Below, one piece after another: positions 49,392 to 63,000 of a stretch of DNA of 64,000 bases. Every line of letters starts with the position of its first letter. Position 1 is the stretch's first letter. The stretch covers positions 10,230,001-10,294,000 of the forward strand of contig OZ176052.1 of assembly GCA_964247055.1 (NCBI GenBank). The letters run 5' to 3'. Position numbers and translations under genes: made by a program. This stretch comes from Paragordius varius (lineage: Eukaryota > Animalia > Nematomorpha). The notes beneath the pieces were generated by a model. That model did no database searches. It was given only the letters and a program-made list of their open reading frames with translations, and had not been told where the DNA came from.

Positions 49392-51131
49392 GGGTGCTAA
49401 CTTTAAAATGTTACAATGCAATATATTAAATTATTAGATGCAGGCTTGGAAACTTTTGGATTGGCTCGTTTGCTTATAACTCGAAATTTCCACACTTTGA
49501 TAATTCAATAAGGGTTTATATAATGCGAGACATAATTTGAAATATGCATCCTTCGGTGAATATTAATATTTTGGCAAAAATAATTGTTGAATCGTTTTTA
49601 TGGTATTTTCAAGCATGGTACGTTATAACAACACTTTAAGATATTACAAAAATACCATTCCATATAACATATTGGGCATAGGTGGTATATATATATATAT
49701 ATATATATATATTGAAATTTATAAAATTCCGATTCTCATGGTGCTTTTGGTTATAACGATGCTCAGTATGCTAAATAATAATTTTAATGACTAAATGCAT
49801 CCTTTTAAAAAGCTTATTAAAATAATATCAAAAATATTTAAATAAGAAAAGGTAAGCTCCAAAAATCTTAATTTTTTATGTATTGGCTCTATTGATAAAA
49901 GTCCAGAGACTCCGCGTTTATAGGCTACATGTGCGCCAAAAGTGAAAAAAGACAAGGTAATTTATCTGTAATGGTGACCTTATAAAAAATACCACAATAT
50001 TTAATAAGATTCTCTACCAACCAAAAAAAAAAAAATTTTCATTCATACTCAAACATTCCCATATTTTTTTATCATCAATAGCGCAAACATCTTAGAATTG
50101 CCATTATATTATATGTTAAACCATATATCTAAATAATAGATTTAATTCAAATCCAGAGAGAAAAAAATTTACAAAACTTAATTTTGAAATTTTTTTCTAT
50201 TTATTTGGTGTGATTCTATCAGTGACTAAATTTATACGCAATAATTACATAAAAATTATTTAAACTATTCTTACATGTGCCATAAATTATTTAGAACCAT
50301 CAATTTATATTAAATTATTAAATTTAAAATATAAAATTATAAAAAATGTGTGTAAATCTATCATAGCATTGGAGCATCAAATATTCTGACAAATTTGGCT
50401 GCCATTTCGGTAAATTTTTATTATGTTAGGGCACGATTTATTTTTGACATATATTTGAAGACAAGAAATATTCTGACGCGAGAAATTTTCAGCATAAAAA
50501 TTTGATAAAAAAAAGTATATTTATAATATTTTCAAAGGTTTTTGTTTCCATCATGAAAATAGTATCAAATACGCTTCAAACTTTTCCTAAAATCGCCTAA
50601 TATAATTCATATGAATTGATATTAAAATTTAGCATATATTAATATCGTGCAATCTCGGTATTTTTCGTTTTTTAGGAAAACCAATCCATTTTATAGGAGT
50701 TTAAAAATTTGCGACTTTCGGAACTTACATCTAAAAAATGAAATTTTTAGAAAATGTTATTTTGTTTCTCTAAATAGTTTATGATTTGTAAAGTAATATT
50801 TTTTGAAATTTGGCTCTCATAAAAAAATTATCTTAAAAATGTACGCAAATTTTGCCCTTTTATGTGGAGTACTTACCACAAAGTATAAATTCTTTATTCG
50901 CTTGTAAGGAAAACCAAACATTATTATCTTTATATATTCATCAGGAGATTTTTTTGTAACATTGTATTATAGTTTTCCATTCATGCGTATACTTTACGTT
51001 CGGTATGATATAAAGTACTTTAATATCTTACACTAAAGAGTTTAATATTTTATAAAAATTGACTCCGAACGCCTTTCAATAATTTTCTTTTTATTCAACT
51101 TGGAATGAAGTCTTAAACAAAAATTTTAGAT

Positions 51132-51342
51132 CAGGGACCAACATAACTGGCTTCACGGGCCTCAGAAATATTCATGGACATTCATTAAATATGTAAAGAT
51201 TTTAAACATAAATTGAAAATAAAAATACAATATAACAATTTCTAACTCGTTGTTAATTGAAAAAATATATTTGGAAATATTGGTTAAATTTTTGCTAAGT
51301 AGAATTCCAAATTTTACGCAAACCACCTTTTGGACACCCCTG
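51132..51342. mobile_element. hAT-type MITE, degenerate
   Basis: CAGGGACCAACATAACTGGCTTCACGGGCC ... TTGGACACCCCTG. A related left end without a clear right TIR lies at ~43155-43400. Confidence 0.6.
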
Positions 51343-53082
51343 TGATTGAATTTTTATATCTTTTCGTTATGCAAATATTATTTTTATATCACCTAATCTG
51401 TGAAAACTCGATTTTGCAATTTTGGGCAAATTTAGAAATATGGCCATATCTTTTATGAGGCTGGAAAAGAGAAATAATAATTGAAATTTGGCCAAATTAG
51501 CATTGTATTAAGGTTTCCAGAAATTTCCTACCTATCCACATGTGTTTACTGTTAACACGAATACAAATCAATACTTGTCAATACATTTAAATTGGGGGCA
51601 TTGATGACCCCTGGTCTGTTAATACCTAATATATCATAAAATATGAAAGTATTGAGCCCACCATAAAATTTCACTTATAAAACACTAAATTCATAATATA
51701 AAAAGATTAAAATTAATTTTTATTACTTACTCTATGGGTGGAGCTTACCACTATGACCTTTTCATTTTTGTTCTAGTTGACATATTGGGATTGTTCCATA
51801 TTCCAGAGCATAAAATTGTAAAACTATTGTTTTGAAAGTAGTTCTAATTAATAATTATCAAATCTCATGTATGAGATAAAAAACAAAACACGATTGAAAC
51901 AAACATCTGATATTAAAACAAAGTTTATCTATTTTTTGCTGGTAAAATGTCGCTTTAAAGCTGTTTAAATTAATTTTACATTTTCAAAAAAAATTATCGA
52001 AAAAAATGGCGGCGAAAAGTTTGAGACGAAGATTTTTTTATTTGTATAATGTGCCTAAAAGGCTGAAGAAAGCATATTTTTAAATTCAGCGTAATACCTT
52101 AAATATTTTTAAAATATTTGAATTTTAAATCCTTAGGGATATAAAAATTCAAAGAGTTATGGATTTTAATAAGAAAATAGACAATAAATGAGTGCACGAG
52201 TTAAAAGAAATATTGCTAATTAACCTCTTCGTATATTTATATTTATTCCTTAATTTATTTAGTAAAAATGAACCGTTAATTCCAAAAAATACGATATTTT
52301 TATAATTGATTTAAAAATGGCGCTAAAATAGTATATATATTTTTATCTAAAATTAAGTCATTTATAATATTATTTTTGAAATATAAGCATTAAATCACGA
52401 CAGCTTTTTTAGTAGTGTGTCAATTATAAAACTAGTTTGGTAAATTAGGTTTAATTTTAATCGAAGTCGTACAATTATTATAAAAACAATCAAAACTTAA
52501 TTTGATGCCTATCTATAAATAAAAAATTCTTAATTGCTTGCAATGATTACCATATATATATATATATATATATATATGAAACAATATTTATTATCATTAA
52601 AATTTACTATGTACAATACATTTTTATGCAACACAGATTAAGTGTTTGATAGTTATGCGGTTAATCCATCAGTCAGGTTGACGGATGTTGAGCAAATATA
52701 TAAAATTTATAATAGTTTTTTTTGGTGAAATGCAGTATCAGATTCAAATAATAAAATAAAATAGGTTGTTGAGTAAATAAATATCGGTTAGCGACTAAAA
52801 AATTAATGTTATATATAAATTAGTGGAAGATACCCTGTTTAAGATGAACAATGACTGTGTTACATAAACTATGTTATTATTATTGAATATGATAATACCA
52901 TAATTTACACAAATGTTTATTGTGATAAAGTACACTTTGGTTGCTGACTGTAAACCATGTTGTGTATAATAATACTCCTTAACACCAATTATTTCTATAG
53001 ACCGCGAAAGTAAGGGTGATTTATGGAATGTAAAATGCATATTGTTAGATTGGGGTTAGAGCTAATGAATAAATAGACGCGA

Positions 53083-56052
53083 TTAGGAACAGGAACATCG
53101 TTCCACCACCATACTTGTCACTAAACCATAAATAATTGTATTGTCCTGGGCTATGTATAAGAATGACATCGCCGCTGTTTTAGAGGGTGTACAGCATGCG
53201 CTTAATCGGGTGGTTAAACTAAAGGTTTAAAGATTAAATGTAGTCAAATAAAAATTAAAATTATACAGACAAAACTTAAAAATATAACGACAAATACACT
53301 TTTTTCAAAAGTTAACCATACTTTTAAAGACATTACTTTTTCCTATATAAATTATTTTATTACACGTTAAATAATTGATTGAGCTACCAATATATCAATT
53401 TCATACTTTGCCATTTAAAACAAGTTATATTTAAATAAATCTTAAAATAGTACAGTTGAAAAAAATATTTGTCTTTATATTTTTACGTTTAGTCCGTATA
53501 ATTTCAATTTTTACTGTAATATATGGCTAGTGCTTATAAGTTGTAAAAATATTCGGAAAAAATTTTATTATACTACCTGTAAAGATATGTGTGGGCACTA
53601 TGGGGTAAATACATCAGGGGACATTCACCAAAACAATAATTGATATCGGCAGTTTTGGGAGCAATAATAAAATCCCATTTGATTTCAGCAAAGTTTATAG
53701 TTAATGGGTAACGACAACATCGTTCCTCGGGATGTTCTTCCGTACAAAAAGCGTTAAGGTCGCGTTTTATCCGCAATACTTGGGGTTTGGGTCTAACTTT
53801 CAATTCCAAAGTTGGTACCTACAAAAAATGTAAAATAAAATAAAATGAAATCAAAACTTTCTAAAAATATAATAATTTATAAAATTTAATTAATATAACT
53901 TACAAAAGATTGTTCTTTCCGGTTAGTAGCGTGTGTTAGAATCATATCTTGGCCCATGCAATTTTTCGAGCGAATAACTATACCCATATTTGAATCGGGT
54001 GAAAAGACCCAGGATTCCACCAAGGTTTGTATCGAAACAAAAAACCAACCATCTTCCACATGAAAATCTTGTCCTGTAATGACACGTAAATCTACCCTGA
54101 TATAGAAATTTAAAAAAATAAGTATACTATTAAATTAAAGTTATTGCATAAAAATTTAAAATTTAACTATTTTGAGAAAAGTTATTGTGTAGGTAATAAC
54201 CACATTTCTTTGTTAATTAAAATATTTTGCTAAACATTTTTAAATACTGTCCCATTTTTTTATTCGGGCAACACCGCATATATATCTCTTAACTCCTTTT
54301 ATTAATAAAATAAAGATTGCGAAGAGATTACATCGTTATATTTTTATGAATGGGATTAGACCCTAGAGTTTGTGTAGCTTAATAATCTATCTAGCATTTC
54401 AATTTTTATTGGAACTAAAACTCTTAGAAAACTGAAGAGTGGTTCCTGCTTGGAACTGGTAACAAGGTTCGTAAAAGGCCTTTAATATAATCGGGCTAAC
54501 TGAAATTATGATTTCTGGGGCTTATTCTTAAAATTTGGTCGGGTTATATCAATTGATTAAATCATATTTCGCTTCTGACATACACTGTAATGTAACAAAG
54601 TTAATCTTTTGATTATAAGCCTAATTAAATTTAATATTAAGTATAATAGATAAAAACTAATAAATGAAACAACAATCTAATGAAATATAGTATTTCATGT
54701 TCTTTCTATTTTTAGTATTTTCCAACCATTTGATCGGAAAACATAATGAAATGACATATTATGTTTATTGAATTAAATATATAACAATGACAAAAATTTT
54801 TCCTAATTGATTTTTTAGCCCTCTAAAAATCACGAAAATTTCAAATTATTTGAGACAGAACATAAGCGACCACCTATCCTGGGCAGTAATTGGGACGATT
54901 CCACAAAAAATCGAACCGGGATAATTTCAGGAGTATTAATAAATACTTTAGAGCCAGAAACTAATCAATTACTCCTGAAATCTTAGAAAGTTACTGGTGG
55001 TTTTAAGCGGTTTCGGTTCCTCTCGAAGGTCAACCCCAAACACTTTTTTTCATAAAATATTAATTACCTTTTCACATGTGCATATGGTTCATCATTCGGC
55101 TCACGGTTGGTTTCATAAATTTTAGAAAGTGGACGAATTTGTTCGATATATACTTGGGATGAATGCTTTCGGCATTTACTTGAAAAATGACCGTTGACAA
55201 ATAACCAAAGTTTTGCATCCGTTATGTAACTTTCAAACACATTTTTCCCCAAATCAAAATAAATTGCATTTTTTAACGGGTTCCCATCACCTCCACCCTG
55301 TCTGTACCTCGAGCTAGGTACTATTTATAAGAAAATGATATATTATTTTTTATAAAATGCGTAATCTATATATAAAAAGGGTAATAAAATTAAGGTGGAT
55401 TACTTGGTTGAGAAATTGTAATGATTCTGGAAGGAACTACATTAGAATCACCAGAATATTCAAAACCATTCGGGATGTGATCTTCCATCCGATCATTTTG
55501 ATATTTGTTTTGCATCAAGTCTCCAAACGATGGTATATTAGGCAACGTAATATTAACTGTTGGTGGCTCGGAATATCCTAATTGATCCAATATATCTCGT
55601 TTGGCTTTAAGCAATCGCTGCTCAGCAGCTAATTTGAGATTGTGACTTAGGCATTTTGGACACAAACTAAGGTTTCGTAACATTCTTTGTTTTGCCAATT
55701 CTGCCATTTGAAGCGTGTGTTGTTGGTAAAGTAATTTACTTTGATTATATTTAGGGTCTGTATGATAATTTGATTGGCCCTCGTTGGCGGAATCGTTTTT
55801 ATTAGTATTATAGTATGATGTCAATGATTTGAGATCTATCGTCATAGGCGGTTTAAAGTGAGAATTTGGTACATATTTGAGGAGATCAGAATGTGGGTAG
55901 GAAGTGTTTTGGATGAAACATTCCAGGTTACGAAAAAGCAATAATACATTCAAATGAAATAACAGTAATAAGCAAGATCCAATATGATTAGAAAGAAGAT
56001 TAGTAATTTTACATATTTGATTAAGAATATAATTTACCAAAGTATGGCACAT
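53083..56052 (-). CDS. Myostatin/GDF11/myoglianin-type TGF-beta ligand precursor
   Basis: Exons 56052-55404, 55320-55068, 54096-53904, 53818-53577, 53218-53083. Hydrophobic signal (SCLLLLFHLNVLLLF), prodomain CPKC...EQRLLKAKRDILDQLG, furin site RIKR, and a nine-Cys mature domain DLNAFCTEEHPEERCCRYPLTINF...WDFIIAPK...YCFGEC...ACCTPSK...MVVERCSCS*, typical of the GDF8/11 group. Confidence 0.9.
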
Positions 56053-58163
56053 GTTGAACGAAAATTTTGAAAGCGATTTAGGGTTATGGATAAATAATTT
56101 TAAAAATGTTTTGACGCAAAATAGTAAAAAAGTAATTTTCGAAGACAAAACTAGCAGCTAGATAAAAAAATGCTAGCCAATTTGTCATAAAAAACTATAG
56201 GGATGAAAAATATCCAACCACATTGTCAACATATTGGTTAGTTAGACTTTTATATGATAATTTGCGACACAGTGTTTATATTGGAGAAACTATGAAAGAA
56301 AAAGAAATCGTAAAAAGATACGCAACATTATAAGTTTTAACGACAACGAAATAATTGTAAATTGGGCTTATGCATGTTTAGTAGTGACAGATATTGAACT
56401 CTGATTTTTAACACATAAATCTACATAAACATATAAATATATATGTATAATATTTTTTATACCATATCTCCTAATATTTTTATATTTTTACATTAGGGGG
56501 GCCAATTTCTTAAATGAACGAAAAATATGCATAAATTAAGACATAATCCAAAAATCTTCAAGCAATTACATTAACAAACCTACAGGTATTTTCCTGCATA
56601 TCTATATATATAAATACACATATTGTATTCTTGTTTTTTTAAACAGAAGATACACAAGTAGGGCTTAAATACGTAAAGTCAAATTATGCCTTAAAAAATG
56701 TAATAAAAATGTGAAAAAATGAAAATATTTTTTACACCTTTTCCTCTCTATTTTACAATAAAACTAATGTCAAACTATCTCTGTAAAAAATGGGCGGAGC
56801 TAATTTTTTTTTAAAAGGCATAAATTATATTACCCAAAATATTTAAACTGCATTCATATATAATTAGTAAAAGAAAAAAAGATAACATCCATCTATATAA
56901 TTACCTACCATGTTCATGCGAATATCAGGTAAAGAGTCAATGGTATATCATAATAAAATTGGTTTAAACAATCAAGGTATTTAGTAAATTCTTCACATAA
57001 AAAAATGAAAAATATCTTTCTTTAGTGATAATGAAAAAGCATCCATCGATTAGAAAAGATTTGAAAAATGTTTTAAATTCCATAAATTTATTATCCAAGA
57101 ATCCTATAGTTCTGTTAACCATATTGACCTTAAAATAATTACAAATATTATATTATAATGGAATTTTTGTTATTTTGTTTTAATATTTATTTAAAATTAC
57201 CAGATTTTACATAAATTTTATTTTTTAAATTATGTATATTACGCGTTAAATTATCGGGTTTAATAAAAATATATTTAAACTTTGTATTATTTGCATACTT
57301 TACATTGCAGGTCAATATTTGTTTTATGTATTTAAATATATATATGTTTAATTTATATTAATTTTTTATTACGTAATGTAAAAAATTTATTATATTATGG
57401 ATAAATACACTTTTAAGTTCTTTTTCATTTTTTCGATAATTTATTTTAAAATTAAATAATTTAAATTCTAAAAATAGATTATGAAATAATTTTAAAATGA
57501 AAATTATTTTATCCATTTTTATCATTTTTAATGGCCAAAAGTTTTAAAGGGGAAATCCTCAACACTGTAAATGTGATGATAAATGTTTTATTATATATAA
57601 TAAAACATATAAAAACCACAAAATTTTTATAATGCAAGGCATTTTACCTGTGTATTTAAAAAAGGATAATACACGCAATGCTATATAAATTCCAATCGTT
57701 CTTTTAAATAATATATATATTGTGTTTTGTTGGAAATGATTTTTAGTAGAGCTTTTTTTTGAATAATTAAGATATCAACAAATATAATTTATCTGTCAAA
57801 TTTTTTTCACACAACAAGAGAAATATGATGGGAAAATACAGCAAAATAGGGTCCGGTTTGTTCTTTATATATATATATATATATGATTTATGAGGTTACC
57901 AAAAATTTTGACATTTTAGAGCTAGAACTCCGCCCATTTCATTTTCTGTAATAAATTATATGTCCATGCAAAAGGTATATAAGGCAAATGGTTAAGAATT
58001 TTTAGACAGAAAAATCTATGTATATATATCCCGCTGTGATTGCGTAGTCAAATATTTTGATAAGTTGTTTCATTTATATATTAAAATATATAGTCTATGA
58101 GTCTTTAGAGTCTTTACATGTTTCACCAACTTTTAACTTTGCAAGTGAATTTGACATTGTTAA

Positions 58164-58461
58164 AACGTTGACGGACAGTAGGAACAAGCGAAGTTCGAAA
58201 ATTGACACTATATCTTTTTGTGATTTTTAGAATGTTAGAAGTATAGTTTTACTCTTTCTGCTTAAATAAACTTAATTTTGATTAATTTAGTACCTTTAAA
58301 AACACGACACTATGCTTCTACGTATACGCCAGTAAGTGCACATTTGTGCTGCTATAGCCGTAGTGTCTAAAAACGACCGTTTCGTTTTGGACGGCTATAG
58401 CAGTCATGCCACATTGTGAACTTCGCTTTGACGGCTATAGCCGCAATTGTCCGTCAACGTG
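58164..58461. mobile_element. piggyBac-like MITE
   Basis: TTAA|AACGTTGACGGACA ... TGTCCGTCAACGTG|TTAA; internal repeats GACGGCTATAGC in both orientations. Confidence 0.7.
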
Positions 58462-60484
58462 TTAAAATTATAAATTGCTGGAATTATTATAAAATATAAC
58501 ATAGGACGAAATCATTGAGTTATATCATATATTTTAACAAGGAATTTATTATGGAGTACAGACTGCAAACAAAAAAGTAAAATGTTAATAAAAATAAAAA
58601 AAAAGTAATAGTTAAACTGACTTTCTTTATAATTGAGAATAAATTTGTTTAATGTCATTTTTTGAGGTAGTGATGCCAGAGCCATTTCAAGTTTAAATAT
58701 TTTCTATAATATTTATATAAGACCTTTTTCAAAAATTTTTCCGCCAAATATTTTTAGTTATGGAAAATTTTATTAATTTATAAATGCGTCAAGGGTGACT
58801 CAGTCGTGTTGAATTAGACTCTCAATTTTTTATTATTCATGTAGGTTTTTAAATAACAAGTCCCTAATATTTTGTCAGAGCACGTTCCGAAAACGTAAGG
58901 CCTATTCGATTTCATAATTGAATTGAGGTTATTTACGAATCCCCCGAGGGAGTGACCCATTTTCAAATGATTCCAATTCGAGCCCATTATCCTTAAAAAT
59001 AAATATTTTATACATTTATTTGCTTTTAAGCAGTTTTGTGGAAAAAGAGTAGGCTTATTTAAATTTATTCGATGTTTTTGACTTTTTAAATTCTTTGTAT
59101 TTGACTAATTTTGGACGCTTACTCATGAAAAACGGAGCTAGATAAAAATGTTCGTAACGCAATTTTGCGGAAAAGGTGTAGGCCCCTTCGAGTCTAATAA
59201 TGATATTTTAAAACAAATTACGAATGCCTCGAGTGTGATAGAACAACTTGATTAGGTTCATCAATGCAGTTGAGATGCAAAAATGTGGCTTTATACCAAT
59301 ATTGACTGGGAACAAATTTATCGGCTGGCCTACTAAAATCAATAATGAATATTTTTGATTTTTTGGGGGAAGGGGCCAAGGGTAACAAGCCATTGTTTAA
59401 GTAACGCATTTAACATTCCCCGAAAAATTCGTTTTTCGAAAAATAAATATTTCCCAAAAATATTAGTAGCATTTTTTCGGTAAACGTTTTGGGGTATATG
59501 AATTTCTTAACGGTTTCACTTATTCTCATAAGGATTTTTTAAAACATATTAAAATATTCTTGGATTATGATTAAAGGCATTTTTATTTGTCGAATTTTAG
59601 AACGAACAACCCTTTTAATTAAATCTATAAGGTGATAGAAATCTTCAGCACCTTAAAATATAGTGTTTTTATATCCAAGTATTTTGATACCGTTATCATT
59701 ACACTTCGAAATACCAGATAATACGCTTTAACAAAGCTTTGTTTAATTTAAATTTTTCAAATAATGTATTCTCAAAAAAAGATTATGGCGAGATCTTGGT
59801 TTTTTATGTTTATTTTACGGAAAGGAACCGAAAATTAGGGACTTTCGGACCATTCAAAAATTAAGAATTTTTATTTTGCTTTTTATAATTTATTAACAAA
59901 ATGTGATTTTGCCATTTATTGACATATAGCAGTTATTACTAAAGTGTAAATAACTTTAAACTACTCCTAAGTCCAAAACCAAAAGCCCTATGATAATTTT
60001 GATATATTTTTCTACGAATATACATATATATAATATCAGAATATTTTTTATCAACACCGTATATGTAATTTACATTGCTGATAATATTTTTCGGAATGAG
60101 GCATTAATTTTTTACAATTTTTTTCTATTGACAATCCATGCTTGGGGTAGTTTTATATATCAGAGCGATTTGATATTTGAATATTTTAAAAAGCATTTAA
60201 GGTATCAAGCCGAATTAAAAATCTGCTTTCTTTACCCTTTAGGCGCATTAAACATTTTTAATAAAATGTAAAATTGTAAAAAAATCCTCATCTCAAACTT
60301 TTTCGCCGCCATTTTTTTCTATAGATTTTTTAAATCGCTAATGCCAAATAAATTTATATTTTGGTTAAATATGTAAATATAAAATTCAGGCTACATTTTA
60401 CCAGCAAAACTTGATATATTTTGATTTTAATATCAGCTGTTGGTTTTAATCGCGTTTTGGAGCAGTTTCAATTTTATTCTAAAA

Positions 60485-60781
60485 CAGGGGTGTCCAACAG
60501 GCCACGTGGCCGCACTCGCTCCCCGGGACAATATGTGCGGCCGCAAAAATTTGGATCCATAATTTTCAAAAATATGGTTATAAAATCTTAGTAAAATTGA
60601 CATTTTTAAACAAATTATTAGAATAAGCCTATCCACTTAACAACGAACTCGAAAAATTAATTAAATTATTTTGAATTTTACAGTTTTTTTGAAATCTATT
60701 TATTAAAACGCCCATACATATTTCGAATGCGGTTCGAATAACAAATGCGACCCGCGAAGCCATTTGTGTTGTACACCCCTG
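60485..60781. mobile_element. hAT (Buster-type) MITE, opposite orientation, abutting a copy of another repeat family
   Basis: CAGGGGTGTCCAACA ... TGTTGTACACCCCTG; flanks TTCTAAAA / CGCTAGAA (central TA). Confidence 0.75.
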
Positions 60782-61847
60782 CGCTAGAAGTTAACTGTAA
60801 AAAATTTAAACGTTTTCATCTAATACATGACAATGTTGATAATTGATTTTTAGCTAAAATAACTTTCGAAACAGTCGTTTATTAACAAAATTGAAATCTT
60901 AGATATATAACTACTACAATATGTCAACATTAAAAAGTGAAAGTTCATCAGGTGTTAAAGCATAAATTTTGCGACTTTTCGATATTGACCAATTACCAAA
61001 AAATAACTTCAATGATTGCACCAACATTAAAAGCTTCATAGGAGTTTTTATTGTTCTATTATAGAATATTGCGCTATGTTATTTTACCTTCCGAATAAAA
61101 TATTATTTTCAAATAAGTTTTTTTAAATTAATATTTTTACTATTCTCACTAAAATTTACCTATACATAAATGATAACATATAAATCAGTAAACCTTATAT
61201 ATACATATTATCGCTTAGTTTAACAAACTCTGGGCAATCGAGACAGCTTGGATCATATAATTCTCTTGATATCTGTGGGAGTTGATGAATTAATTGTGTT
61301 GTGAATTATTTAATATTCCTATGCACACAAAAATATATCCTGATAAAAATAAATATATTCTGATAGATAATTATATCAGGATTCTCATGGTGATTTTGGT
61401 TATGGGCTTTACCAGTATTTAATATTACGCAAATCAGGAAATGAAAAAAATTGCGGCATTTTTTTTAGTTTTTTTGGTGAAAGTTAATGCTTCATTCCAA
61501 AAAGTATCGCTAAAATATATTACAAACTATATATAAAGCTAAATAATATTAGAATTTTAATTTTTAGATGTGGGGTCTTATAATCTCAAATTTTTAGACC
61601 CGTCCTAACTAAGCATCTTAAACTAAATGCCGCGATAGAAAAAAAATTTACATCGAAAAAAGTTTTTATTGAAATTTGGGTATTTTGTTTAAAAAATGAT
61701 AATTTGGTGTGGCGAGTTTTAACGTATTTTGAAGCCTGATGAAAACGGTATAAAAACACTTTTTCTAAATTGGATGATGCTAAATATTTTTACCTCAGAT
61801 TTTTTATCAAAAGTTTTTATCGACAAATTTTTATATAAAATTATGTA

Positions 61848-63000
61848 TTAACACTTGGATACAGCACATTCATTTTAGTCCTTCGATTCAAATTGGAGTT
61901 AAATACCCCAGGCCTGTTTAAAATTAAATTCTTTAAAAAATATGGAAGAAATTGAAACCATGGCAAAATTTTGCACCTAAAACATTAACACTTGGATACA
62001 ACACATTCATTTTAGTCCTTCGATTCAAATTGGGGTATTTAAATACCACAGGTCTGTTTAAAATAAAATTCTCTAAAAATATGGAAGGAATCGAAACCAT
62101 GGCAAAATTTTGCACTTATATAACATCAATAAACCGAAATATATAAAAAAATTTATTCAAAAATACTTGATATTACTTATTTTAAGCTAAAATCGAAAAA
62201 TAAAAATTTAGTCAACTTGACATATGTTCAATGGTAAAATTAAGAAATAATACAAAATAAACTGCTTTTTCTATTTCTATCAAAGTTAGATGTTATTTGA
62301 ATATAAAATTAGCTTTAATTTTACCTTCAAAATCGAATGACGACGATATTTTTCAAAAATTTTGTAAAATAAAAATGGCGTCGAAGTAGTTTGACATGGA
62401 ACTTTTTTTTCAAAACAAAATTTTATTTAAATATTTTGGCATATTTATATCATTTGTATTAGGATAGAAGAATAAATTTAAATTGGGACCGTTTTCTTCA
62501 GTAGTTTTTTAAAAATCCAAACTCAAATTTAGTCTGGGGTATTTAGAGACCCCAATTTGAATTGAAGTGTTAATAAACCGAAAAATATAAAAAAAGTTAT
62601 TCAAAAATACCTGATATTACTTATTTTAAGCTAAAACCGAAAGGTAAAAATTAAGTCAACGTGACATTTGTGCAATGGTAAAATTGAAATTATACAAAAT
62701 TAACCACTTTTTCTATTTCTATCAATGTTAGATCTAATTTAAATAAATTGGCTTAAATTTTACTCTTAAAATTAAATGAAGACGATATTTTGCAAAATAA
62801 AAATGGCTTCGAAGTCGTTTGACATGCTTTTTTTTCAAAACAAAATTTTATTTAGATATTTTGGCTTATTTATATAATTTATATCAGGATAGAAGCAAAA
62901 ATTTAGATTGGGACCGTTTCCTTCAGTAGTTTTTTAAAAATCCTAATTTAAATTTAGTCTGCGGTATTTGGATAGCCCGATTTGAATCGAAATGTTAATC
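61848..63000 (+). repeat. Two adjacent tandem duplications (~137-bp x2 at 61848-62115; ~440-bp x2 at 62130-63000)
   Basis: Second ~440-bp unit starts at ~62570 (taataaaccgaaa..tataaaaaaa.ttattcaaaaatac). A single diverged copy of the same family lies at ~33880-34380. Confidence 0.75.

Noticed and set aside
49434-49616. Minus-strand frame MLENTIKTIQQLFLPKY*YSPKDAYFKLCLAL... upstream of ZNRD2
   Set aside because: It has an in-frame stop with no flanking GT-AG pair and no recognisable homology.
56053-56148. ORF-track start of the TGF-beta gene at 56148
   Set aside because: It is a non-ATG start. The first in-frame ATG is at 56052 and precedes the hydrophobic signal region.
59260-59340. Fragment MWLYTNIDWEQIYRLAY* resembling a LINE C-terminal motif
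   Set aside because: Too short, with no supporting adjacent RT motifs.
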